In this document: positions 36,735 through 45,388 of the stretch, one piece after another | How the letters are laid out: the number at the start of each line of letters is the position of its first letter | Position numbering within the stretch: the first letter of the stretch is position 1 | Source: Candidatus Moraniibacteriota bacterium | GTDB lineage: Bacteria; Patescibacteriota; Minisyncoccia; Moranbacterales; UBA2206 | NCBI GenBank assembly: GCA_003483065.1 | Contig: DMWY01000001.1 | Span: forward strand, 8,606-72,605 | Direction: 5' to 3' | Length of the DNA stretch: 64,000 nucleotides | Position numbers and translations under genes: made by a program | The notes under the pieces: generated by a model | Seen by the model: only the letters and a program-made list of their open reading frames with translations | What the model was told of the DNA's origin: nothing | Database searches by the model: none

Positions 36735-38243
36735 TCAGTACATAATAACAGCTACGGGTTTCATTTTAGCAACAACATGAGCAATTTTATTAGCTTCAAT
36801 ACCTTCGATAACCTTATCAATATCTTTGTAACGAGAAGAATCTTGATTGATAACAATCGAAGATTTAGCATTATAAATTAGAATATTTTTTTCTTTCATT
36901 TTTGCGAAAAGTTCATCTTTATTAGAAATGGTTTTTTCATGAGAATTGGTGCCCTTACCTGTTCCATGAGGAGCTGAAAAAAAGCTGTCTTGATTTTCAT
37001 CTGTTCCAACGCAAATATAGGCATCAGTTGCCATTGAAGATGGAATGAAAACAGGCTCGCCAGTTTCTTTGTAGATTGAATGATTTTGCATTTTGCTAGG
37101 GCCATATGCTCTGGAAGTATTGCTTCTATGAACAAAGACATCACGCCCAAAATGCTCTTCTTTGGAAATTGAAATATGGGGCATGTCATAAAGCAAATCC
37201 ATTTCCGGATCACGTCCGAGAACTTTTTTTATCGTTTTGGAGATATTATGAGTGATGACTGCTCTGTTGGCTGTGCCGAAATTAGAAGCGGCCGCTCGAG
37301 CGTTCATATAAAGTTTTCCATCCGCTTCTTTTCCAGCGTAGCGAAGCAGGGAATTATTTTCTGATAAATGATTTTTTATCATCTCTTGCATTTTTTTGTA
37401 AGTCTCTTTTTTTCTAGAACGAAAAGTCATTTTTCCAAGTTCTACCATAAGAGCTTGTGAAAGATGCTCGCGTTTTTTTGCAGTATGAGTATACATTGTA
37501 TATTGACCCAAAATTCCTGAGCCTGTGTGAATCATAAAAAGATATTGTCCTTTTTCTATTCCCATTTTTTTGGCAATTTTTTCGTCAACAATCTCATCTA
37601 CTTTCATAAGATCCAGAAAATGATTACCCGCTGCACCCAAAATCCCTAGTCGATATTTAGCAAAGAATAAATATAGTTTTGGTATCACATCAAAGATATC
37701 TTGTTTCTCCATGGTTTTTGGAAAAAAATTTCCATCACCTTGAGTGTTTTCAAGCTCGTTTTTTGTTTTGATTCCGAGGTGTCTGATTATAGCAGATGTT
37801 CCTTCTCGACAAATATCAACTATAACATCAAAGGGGACTTTGGTTCCGACAAATTTTTTAGTTGGAACGGTAACTACTAATTCCTTGAAAATATTGTCAA
37901 TATCATTGCTAGTCAAATTATCTTCAGTTAAATTAGTTTTAATTAGACGCATTCCACAGTTTGGGTCTGAGTCATTGACTTGAGGCAGGATATAATTTTC
38001 GCTGACTATAGTTGTTCCGGAAGCATTTTTTCTGCCTGGTTTTGAACAAACATCCGGCATAGCGACTAAATTACGAAAAAGTGTATCTTGATTAGAAGCA
38101 ATATCTTCTAATTTTTCAAAAGAATCATCCTTAGGCATCAATTCTTCGCTCATAAAAAAAACGGCTGGAACAGACATTTTTGCTGTTTGAAATTTTTGTT
38201 TGTGCTCAGAAAGGTTGTTAATTTTATAATTATTATTGTCCAT
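36735..38243 (-). CDS. rtcB: RtcB-family RNA ligase
   Basis: AMPDVCSKPG, NCGMRL, HTGSGILGQ and SAPHGTGKG match conserved RtcB blocks. The start is set at the internal Met (38243), 4 nt after the upstream stop. Confidence 0.55.
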   Translation of the reverse strand: MDNNNYKINNLSEHKQKFQTAKMSVPAVFFMSEELMPKDDSFEKLEDIASNQDTLFRNLVAMPDVCSKPGRKNASGTTIVSENYILPQVNDSDPNCGMRLIKTNLTEDNLTSNDIDNIFKELVVTVPTKKFVGTKVPFDVIVDICREGTSAIIRHLGIKTKNELENTQGDGNFFPKTMEKQDIFDVIPKLYLFFAKYRLGILGAAGNHFLDLMKVDEIVDEKIAKKMGIEKGQYLFMIHTGSGILGQYTMYTHTAKKREHLSQALMVELGKMTFRSRKKETYKKMQEMIKNHLSENNSLLRYAGKEADGKLYMNARAAASNFGTANRAVITHNISKTIKKVLGRDPEMDLLYDMPHISISKEEHFGRDVFVHRSNTSRAYGPSKMQNHSIYKETGEPVFIPSSMATDAYICVGTDENQDSFFSAPHGTGKGTNSHEKTISNKDELFAKMKEKNILIYNAKSSIVINQDSSRYKDIDKVIEGIEANKIAHVVAKMKPVAVIMY

Positions 38244-38247
38244 AAAT

Positions 38248-39366
38248 TTAGATTTCTTTATAAATTTCTTGATAAATTTCGGCGATTTTTTTGATGTCGA
38301 AATTTTCCTCACAAAATTTTCGGGCATTTTTTCCAAGGAGGTTTCTTTTTTCCTTGTTTTGATATAAATCAGAAATCGCATCAGTTAATTGTTTTAGATT
38401 GTCTTTCTCAATTATAACAGAATTATTATTATTGCCCAATTCTTTTAGAATTTCCAGATTTGTTAGAATGACCGGTTTTTCGCAAGCCATCGTTTCAATA
38501 ACTGCTAGGGGAATATCAAATTTGCCGTGCATATTTTGCACTGGAAAAAGACTGATGTCGCAGAGATTATAAACTTCCCTCATGTCGTATTTTCCATCAT
38601 CAAAAAAAGAAACTTTTTCCAGGAGATTATTTTTTTTTATTTTTTCCATAACCTCTTCTTTTTTCTGCGCGTCTTTTTCGTTTTTAATTCTAACTGCCAG
38701 GGTGAGTTTAGCTTCGGGAATTTTTTTGGAAATTTCAATGAAACTATCAACAACTAAATCAATCGCGCCAAGGCGCACATATTCTCCAGAAAAATTTATC
38801 ACAAAATCATTCGGTGAAATATTTTTCTCTTTCATAAGCCCCAAGTTTTTTTCTTGAGGTTGATATTTTTCCAGATCAATTCCTGGGTAAACCCTTTTGA
38901 CATTTTGAAACCCAAGGGAATTTAATTTGCTCTTGGCATAATCGGAATAGGTGATGATAAGATCGGCAAACATCAAATTTTTTATGTCATCCGACGACCA
39001 TAAATCGTCGCGAAGAGAGGCGACAGTTTGAATAGTTTTAGTTTTAAAAGATTTGAAAAAATGCTTAATCAGGAAGGAGTTGAGTTTGGTTGGAGTGAAG
39101 AAATAATGATTGATATCAAACTGACCTTTAGTTTTGAATTGAAAAAAAAGAGCGCGAATTTTTTGAGAAAAGTTAAAATCGCGAATTTCTGAAGTTGAAT
39201 AAACCGAATGCTGGTGAACATTATCAGATAATTCAGGCAAAATTCCCTTGGTCATCAGATTAATTTCAAAACCCGCTAGGTTTTTTGCTAGGTAATATGC
39301 AAAATTTTTTGAACCTTCGTCCCACGGCGGGGCAATCGGCCTCGTTACTAGAAGTATCTTTTTCAT
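38248..39366 (-). CDS. Glycosyltransferase family 4
   Basis: VIETMACEKPVILTN is present. Confidence 0.65.
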   Translation of the reverse strand: MKKILLVTRPIAPPWDEGSKNFAYYLAKNLAGFEINLMTKGILPELSDNVHQHSVYSTSEIRDFNFSQKIRALFFQFKTKGQFDINHYFFTPTKLNSFLIKHFFKSFKTKTIQTVASLRDDLWSSDDIKNLMFADLIITYSDYAKSKLNSLGFQNVKRVYPGIDLEKYQPQEKNLGLMKEKNISPNDFVINFSGEYVRLGAIDLVVDSFIEISKKIPEAKLTLAVRIKNEKDAQKKEEVMEKIKKNNLLEKVSFFDDGKYDMREVYNLCDISLFPVQNMHGKFDIPLAVIETMACEKPVILTNLEILKELGNNNNSVIIEKDNLKQLTDAISDLYQNKEKRNLLGKNARKFCEENFDIKKIAEIYQEIYKEI

Positions 39367-39725
39367 AAATTTTTATAAATCTCTTTTTTCTCATCTCCTG
39401 AAATTACCTGAATGGTAATTTTTTTGTTTCTATAATTATCTTCAAAATTCACATTGGCAAAATAATTCTCTCCTTTTTTAACAGTCACATTAGCCTCGTT
39501 GATTTTATCATTACCAGACAAAACAATCCATTGGAAATTATCTTTATCGCTATGATTTTCAATTGTGAAATCTAAATCTTCCGATTTGGAATCAGAGAAA
39601 GACACTGACCACCAATTTTTTCCGACATTCGGATCAAGAATTTTTTCGCTCAGATAAAAAAGCCAAACAGAACTGGCGATGAATAAAATTATTAGAAAAA
39701 ATATAATCTTTTTTTGTTGAGACAT
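39363..39725 (-). CDS. Small N-terminally anchored hypothetical protein
   Basis: There is one TM helix followed by a ~90-aa soluble domain. The ORF overlaps its neighbour by 4 nt. Confidence 0.4.
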   Translation of the reverse strand: MSQQKKIIFFLIILFIASSVWLFYLSEKILDPNVGKNWWSVSFSDSKSEDLDFTIENHSDKDNFQWIVLSGNDKINEANVTVKKGENYFANVNFEDNYRNKKITIQVISGDEKKEIYKNL

Positions 39726-39737
39726 AAAATGTGAAAA

Positions 39738-41633
39738 TTATTTTTTATAATATACCGCTACGTCACCGTTGTTATAAACCTTGCTAAAATTTTTGAGTTT
39801 TGCAAATTGGGAGCTGTCAAATTTTGGATTAACTAGGATATAATTAGTTTTTGTTTCTTGAAAGCATTTTTGAGCGTCTTGACCGGCCGGATTGGAAATC
39901 ATATAGAGAGTGCACATTTCACGAGGTTTAGTGGGATCTTCATAACGCTTAAAATAGCCACGAGACTGAGGGTATCTATAGCCTTGCATAAAAAACAATT
40001 TTATCCAAGAATCTGCAGTGATATAATTATGATCTTTTAGAATCACATCTTCATTGTTAGTATTTTTCACTAGATAATTGGAGGCATCATAGGTTTCAAT
40101 AACGGGAGTGAAATCAGGGGCTTTTTTGAAAGCTTGAACGCTGTCGAGCAGTCCGCCAGTTAAAACAAAAATTAGGATAATTAAAAACGAACCATCCAGA
40201 AACTTTTTGGGAATTATTTTTTTTGAGTTGACCAAATTAGAATTGAAAATGGAGAATAATCCATAAGCAGAAAGAATCGCAAGGGGATAGCTCATATAAT
40301 TTCCAATACGAGAGCTGGGTAAGTTGATGAAAATTAATTCTGGTTTGGTGGACATGATAAAAAGCATAGCTGTCCAAGCGGAAACTAAAGTGAATCCAAA
40401 GTTTTTTCTTTTATAATTTAGAGCCAAAAGTAGAAGCCCTAGAAATCCAAGAGCCAAACGAACCTCACCAACGGAAGACTTTATGTTATCCATACTCAAT
40501 CCTTCGCGAGTGGCTTTCGAGGGTGTGCCGACAGCAGTTTCTACGGCGTTAGTACGCACATAATTTGGAGTGAAGATGAAAAAGAAAAAAATCAATCCGA
40601 TTGCAAAAGTTGTGATAACAGGAATGGAAAAAACCAAATCAAATATTTTTCCAAAGATATTTTTCAAATCCTTATAATTTAGAATTAAGAAAACAACAAT
40701 AAGAAAAGAAAAAATAAATAAGAATATAAAAGCAGTGAGATGATGTGTATAAAAAAGTCCGAAAGTGGAAAAAATTCCAAGTGAAAGAAATTTTCTTGAA
40801 TCAAAAAGTGAAACTGTGTCATAATTTAGAAGTTCGGAAGCTCTGAGATAAAAATAGAAGGCCATAGGCATCAAGAGATTTCCCAAAATATTTCCCATTA
40901 CGCCTCCACTAACAAATTTGGCTTGAGGAGAGGAAACAGCAAAAAGAACTCCCAAGAAAAGAATTGAAAGAATGGCAATGTTTTTGTTTTTGAAAACTCG
41001 TAAAGTCAAAACAAAAACAGTGAGAATACTAAGGAGATTAATGAGTAGTAAAAAAATAACTGGGAAAGCTGAAAAGAAACTTTTCCCACTAAGCATATTT
41101 ATCTCTGACAGGGCAATGTGTTCGCCAATGATAAAATCGGGCATTCCTTCATAAACAGGAAGTTTGTGTGTTTCAGACATTTCCTTGGCCCAATAGTTGT
41201 GATGTCCCATATCGGTGGCAGTTGGAGCAACTGTTCCGCTAAGGTAGGCAGTTTTGATAAAAATTGTCAAAAACAAAAGAAGTAAAAGGAGGAAAAATTG
41301 ATTCTTTGAAAAAGAAAATAATTCATCTTCTTTTACGTTAACATTTTCAATCTTTTTTAGTTTATAAAAAATAAAACAAGTTATCGAAAAAAATAAAACT
41401 CCTAAAACAGAAGAAATAGCAGTGATCGGAATGTTTAGTTTGGAATAAGCAAATGCTATAAAATCGACAACAATCAAACTTAGTCCAAAGGAAAAAATAA
41501 ATCTTTCCATTTTACTTATTTGATTTTCGCCTTTGCTAAAAACCGCCAAAAGCAAAAAATACCCCGGAACAAACAGAATTACTAAAATAGATATATAAAA
41601 TAAAACTTGACTGTAAATAAATTCAAATGTCAT
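39738..41633 (-). CDS. Large polytopic membrane protein (possible GT-C-like or polymerase); family not recognised
   Basis: The protein is 631 aa with more than 12 hydrophobic segments. Confidence 0.35.
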   Translation of the reverse strand: MTFEFIYSQVLFYISILVILFVPGYFLLLAVFSKGENQISKMERFIFSFGLSLIVVDFIAFAYSKLNIPITAISSVLGVLFFSITCFIFYKLKKIENVNVKEDELFSFSKNQFFLLLLLLFLTIFIKTAYLSGTVAPTATDMGHHNYWAKEMSETHKLPVYEGMPDFIIGEHIALSEINMLSGKSFFSAFPVIFLLLINLLSILTVFVLTLRVFKNKNIAILSILFLGVLFAVSSPQAKFVSGGVMGNILGNLLMPMAFYFYLRASELLNYDTVSLFDSRKFLSLGIFSTFGLFYTHHLTAFIFLFIFSFLIVVFLILNYKDLKNIFGKIFDLVFSIPVITTFAIGLIFFFFIFTPNYVRTNAVETAVGTPSKATREGLSMDNIKSSVGEVRLALGFLGLLLLALNYKRKNFGFTLVSAWTAMLFIMSTKPELIFINLPSSRIGNYMSYPLAILSAYGLFSIFNSNLVNSKKIIPKKFLDGSFLIILIFVLTGGLLDSVQAFKKAPDFTPVIETYDASNYLVKNTNNEDVILKDHNYITADSWIKLFFMQGYRYPQSRGYFKRYEDPTKPREMCTLYMISNPAGQDAQKCFQETKTNYILVNPKFDSSQFAKLKNFSKVYNNGDVAVYYKK

Positions 41634-41670
41634 ATTATTTCAAGTGTAATCATTTTAATCATTTGCTAAC

Positions 41671-41690
41671 CCGCCTACCGGCGAGGCAGG
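41671..41690. repeat. GC-rich hairpin element (reverse complement reads CCTGCCTCGCCGGTAGGCGG); supplies the last codons and stop of the GT4 gene
   Basis: It is near-identical to 44283-44303 and related to 57668-57687. Confidence 0.5.
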
Positions 41691-42811
41691 TCAGTGGTTC
41701 TGATTACTTTTTCCATCTCCTCCAAATATCTCTTCGAAATTTTTTCCCAGGTGAAATTTTCTTGTACATATTTTCCAGCCATTTCTCCGAAATTCTTGGC
41801 AAATTCCGGTCCAGCGGAAAAAATAGCGTTGATTTTTTTGATCCATTGTTCAGTGTTTTCACTTTCAACTAGAAAACCGTTCTTGCCATCCTTAATCGCG
41901 TCAGCCAAGCCTTGCATATTCGAAGCTATGATTACTCTTTCGCAAGCCGCAGCTTCAATTGCGTTTATGCCAAAACCTTCTGAGGAACTTTTATAATGAA
42001 TATTAGGAGAGACTACTAAATCAGCCGTGTTTAGCAAAACTCTCAAATCCTTTTGTGGAATGTTAGGGATAAGTTTTACTCTGTTTTCTAAATTGTTTTT
42101 TGTTATCTCTTTTTCACAATCGGAAAAATTGTCTGGATCGCCAGCGGTATTTCTATCAACACGACCTCCTACAGCGAATAGGATTATATTTTCTGGTAGG
42201 CGAGGCATTATATTTTTAATAAACCAAGCAGTGCCTTTATGCGGAACAAATCTGCCTAGACGCAAGATGACTTTTTTGTCTAAAGTATCTTTGCCCCAAA
42301 GAGCAGACAAGTCTTGTCGAGAAAATTCTTTTCTGAAATTTTCAATAAAAACTCCATTAGGAATAAAAACGCAATTTTCCTTAGGTACTCCAATTTTTAT
42401 AGCTTCTTCGACAGCAAAATTTCCCACCATAAAAAGTTTGTCCATTTTCTTTATCGAAGGAATATTTGTGAGGCTATAAATTTTTGGTAAAATTCCTTTC
42501 TTATGACAAAACGTTATATCGAGCGCATGGATAATTGAAAAAAACTTTTTTTTAGGATGAAAAAGTTTTAGGGAAAAAGCTAGGGGAGCTAAAACGCCAT
42601 TCCCTACGAGACAGGCGTCATAATTCATCATTAAAAAAAATGCGCGCAGGAAAGTTATTGGCACAAAAACCGGAAGCCACCATTTGCCACGACCATTGGC
42701 GATAATCTTAACTTGGGTGATTTTTGAAAGTCCTTGAGCTAAATTATAATTTTGACTTTCCACCCCACCAAGAATTGGAGGATAGGAGTGAGAGATGAAT
42801 AATATTTTCAT
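41675..42811 (-). CDS. Glycosyltransferase family 4
   Basis: GINAIEAAACERVIIASN is present. Confidence 0.7.
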   Translation of the reverse strand: MKILFISHSYPPILGGVESQNYNLAQGLSKITQVKIIANGRGKWWLPVFVPITFLRAFFLMMNYDACLVGNGVLAPLAFSLKLFHPKKKFFSIIHALDITFCHKKGILPKIYSLTNIPSIKKMDKLFMVGNFAVEEAIKIGVPKENCVFIPNGVFIENFRKEFSRQDLSALWGKDTLDKKVILRLGRFVPHKGTAWFIKNIMPRLPENIILFAVGGRVDRNTAGDPDNFSDCEKEITKNNLENRVKLIPNIPQKDLRVLLNTADLVVSPNIHYKSSSEGFGINAIEAAACERVIIASNMQGLADAIKDGKNGFLVESENTEQWIKKINAIFSAGPEFAKNFGEMAGKYVQENFTWEKISKRYLEEMEKVIRTTDLPRR

Positions 42812-42831
42812 TGACTTTATAACTTTTAACT

Positions 42832-43815
42832 TTATAACTTATTATATTTATCTTTTTTCCATTGATAGAAAAGTTCTTCGGTGAGTTGGCGGGCGGATTT
42901 GATCATGTCAGCAATGAGAGCAAAAACAACCAGTTGAATTCCAAGGAGCAAAGAGATAGCAGAAAAAACTATATAATGAAGATAGGGGGCGATTTTCAAA
43001 TCCTGAATATAATTAAAAAGGAAAATGAGAAATCCGATAATTCCGATTGACATCAAAAATATTCCTGGCCAACCGAAAAATTTAAGTGGCCTGACATCGC
43101 GAATAGCTTTTAGGATAATTTTGAAGGAGTTGCTAATGAATTTGAAAATAGATTTTGTAATTTTAGCTTCGCGGTTGTCAAAATAAGTGACAACTATCGG
43201 TATCCACTTTAGTTTTAGATTTTTTCCAATAGCATCAATAATAGTATCTTGTGTGTAGGTGAAATAAGTATTGGTTAAATTAAGGCGAAGTAATGTTTCG
43301 CGATTATGAGCGCGAAAACCACAAGTTAGGTCGTTAGTTTTATAATTTAGAAAAAATCCGATAATGGAAGCGGCAAAGCGATTAAAAAAACTTCGAACCC
43401 ATGGGATATTTTTAGCTTTGTGCTTACCAAAGCGATCGGCGATTGTCATATCCACTTCACCTTTGAGTATCGGAAGGAGAAGTTTAGGAATGTCATTAGG
43501 ATCGAACTGTCCGTCGGCGTCGATATTGACCATGAAGTCAGCGCCTTTCTCCAAGGAACTTTCTACGGCTTGTTTGAAAGAATAGGCGAGTCTTCGATTG
43601 GGTTTGTAGGAAATGACAATATCAGCTCCAGAATTTTTGGCAACTTCGGCGGTATTGTCGCTTGAGCCGTCGTCCACTACTTGAATTAATTTTTCAGTAA
43701 TACGCGCACCTTCCTCAGAATAGAAATCATTCGAAAGACTTTCCTTGATTCTGACAATTGTTTTTCCAAGATCCTTCTCTTCATTATAGGCTGGAATGTT
43801 GATGATTAATTTCAT
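42832..43815 (-). CDS. GtrB/ArnC-like GT2 polyprenyl-phosphate glycosyltransferase with C-terminal TM helices
   Basis: INIPAYNEEKDL, VVDDGSSDNT and NIDADGQFDP are present, with two C-terminal TM segments. Confidence 0.8.
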   Translation of the reverse strand: MKLIINIPAYNEEKDLGKTIVRIKESLSNDFYSEEGARITEKLIQVVDDGSSDNTAEVAKNSGADIVISYKPNRRLAYSFKQAVESSLEKGADFMVNIDADGQFDPNDIPKLLLPILKGEVDMTIADRFGKHKAKNIPWVRSFFNRFAASIIGFFLNYKTNDLTCGFRAHNRETLLRLNLTNTYFTYTQDTIIDAIGKNLKLKWIPIVVTYFDNREAKITKSIFKFISNSFKIILKAIRDVRPLKFFGWPGIFLMSIGIIGFLIFLFNYIQDLKIAPYLHYIVFSAISLLLGIQLVVFALIADMIKSARQLTEELFYQWKKDKYNKL

Positions 43816-43816
43816 A

Positions 43817-44047
43817 TTAGTTCTTTTTAATTATTAATTTCGGGTCGACACAATTGAAATCACATTTAGCGTTATCGACACCTTGATGAAAAACATCATT
43901 GGTGCATGCTTTCAATTTTTCTTCACATTGTTTTCTGGTGCCAGAAAAATAATCTCGGTTAACGTCATAACCGAAAAATTTTGCTACGAAATAGGCTGCG
44001 GCCAAAAAAAGGACAATCCAAATGGCAAATTTAACAATACTAAACAT
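43817..44047 (-). CDS. Small membrane protein with four Cys (hypothetical)
   Basis: The protein is 76 aa with one TM helix. The start abuts the stop of the upstream GT2. Confidence 0.3.
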   Translation of the reverse strand: MFSIVKFAIWIVLFLAAAYFVAKFFGYDVNRDYFSGTRKQCEEKLKACTNDVFHQGVDNAKCDFNCVDPKLIIKKN

Positions 44048-44161
44048 AAGTATTATAGGCTTAAAAATTAACTTTTATTATAACTTGATTATAGCCTAAA
44101 AGGGATTATCTGGCAATGCATAATTTCAACAGATGACATAATTTGATTTTGGCTTTACAAT

Positions 44162-45388
44162 ATGAGTATGAAAAAGAAAAAAATTGGAATCAATGCAAGT
44201 TATCTTCGAAAGCCTCACACTGGTATTGGGCAAGTGACAACCAACTTTTTAAAAATGTTGGTAAGAGACAAGATACAAGAAACCTGCCTCGCCGGCAGGC
44301 AGGCAAGATACAAGCAGGATGATTTGGAGTTTGTTTTGTATTTAGAAGAAGATATTCCAAAAGATTTTAAACTTCCTGATAATTTTAGCAAGAAAATATT
44401 CCTACCGGTTTATAAGCGTGATGATTTGATTCGAAAAATTTGGTGGGAAAAATTTCTTTTGCCGCGCCTCGTTAGAAAAGACGGTTGCGATGTTTTCATC
44501 AGTCTCTACCAAAGTCCGACTGTTTTGGATAAATCAATCCGTCACATTATGATAGTGCATGATATCATCCCAAAACTATTTTCGCAGTATTTGGATAATG
44601 CAAGAAAGAAATTATATTGGAAATTAATGGAATATGGCATAAAAATGGCGGACAAGATTATTGCTGTTTCCAAAAGGACAGAAAAAGATCTAATTGAACA
44701 CTTAAGTATAGGCGCAGACAAAATTACTACTGAATATATTGATGTGGATGATACATATAAGATAGAGGCGCAAAATTTTGCGTCTCTGCGAGAGCAAAAT
44801 ATTTTAAAGAAGTATAAAATAAATCCAGGATATATTTTGGCTGGTGGAGGATATGAAGTGCGCAAAAATGTTGAAGGAGCGGTGCGAGCATATAAATTAC
44901 TACTAGAAAGAAACAAAAAAGAAAATTTTTTGCCAAATTTTCCGCGCCTTGCGATATATGGAAAAGTTTTGCCGGAAAGTTTGAGTTTGGCGACGCCGAT
45001 AGAAAAAATATTGAGAGAATTAAACTTAACAAAACATGTGATTCTTTTGGGCGAAGTTCCGCAAAAAGATTTACCGGCTCTTTTTGAAAATGCTGTCATA
45101 TTTATTTATCCTTCTTTTTATGAAGGTTTCGGAATGCAAATTCTCGAAGCAATGAATGTTGGCACGCCTGCTATCACTTCAAAGGTTTCCTCATTGCCGG
45201 AAGTCGGTGGAGATAGTGTGTTATATTGTAATCCTGATGACATATCGGATATTGCGATGGTTTTGAAAAATGTTTTGACTAATTATGACTTGCGAGAACA
45301 ACTAAAAAACAGAGGTCAAGAACGAGCCAAGCAATTTTCGTGGGAAAAATTTAGTGAGAAGATTTTGAATATAATCGAAGAAATGTAA
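44162..45388 (+). CDS. Glycosyltransferase family 4
   Basis: EGFGMQILEAMNVGTPAITS is present. Confidence 0.75.
   Translation: MSMKKKKIGINASYLRKPHTGIGQVTTNFLKMLVRDKIQETCLAGRQARYKQDDLEFVLYLEEDIPKDFKLPDNFSKKIFLPVYKRDDLIRKIWWEKFLLPRLVRKDGCDVFISLYQSPTVLDKSIRHIMIVHDIIPKLFSQYLDNARKKLYWKLMEYGIKMADKIIAVSKRTEKDLIEHLSIGADKITTEYIDVDDTYKIEAQNFASLREQNILKKYKINPGYILAGGGYEVRKNVEGAVRAYKLLLERNKKENFLPNFPRLAIYGKVLPESLSLATPIEKILRELNLTKHVILLGEVPQKDLPALFENAVIFIYPSFYEGFGMQILEAMNVGTPAITSKVSSLPEVGGDSVLYCNPDDISDIAMVLKNVLTNYDLREQLKNRGQERAKQFSWEKFSEKILNIIEEM
44281..44303. repeat. GC-rich palindromic mini-insert AACCTGCCTCGCCGGCAGGCAGG inside the GT4 gene, flanked by an 11-bp direct repeat CAAGATACAAG (44269-44279 and 44304-44314)
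   Basis: Read directly from the sequence. It encodes the ETCLAGRQAR segment. Confidence 0.55.

Noticed and set aside
42027-42479. 150-aa + strand ORF and 41694..41996 + strand ORF
   Set aside because: They are antisense to GT4 gene 41675..42811.
44542-45099. 185-aa and 101-aa minus-strand ORFs
   Set aside because: They are antisense to GT4 gene 44162..45388.
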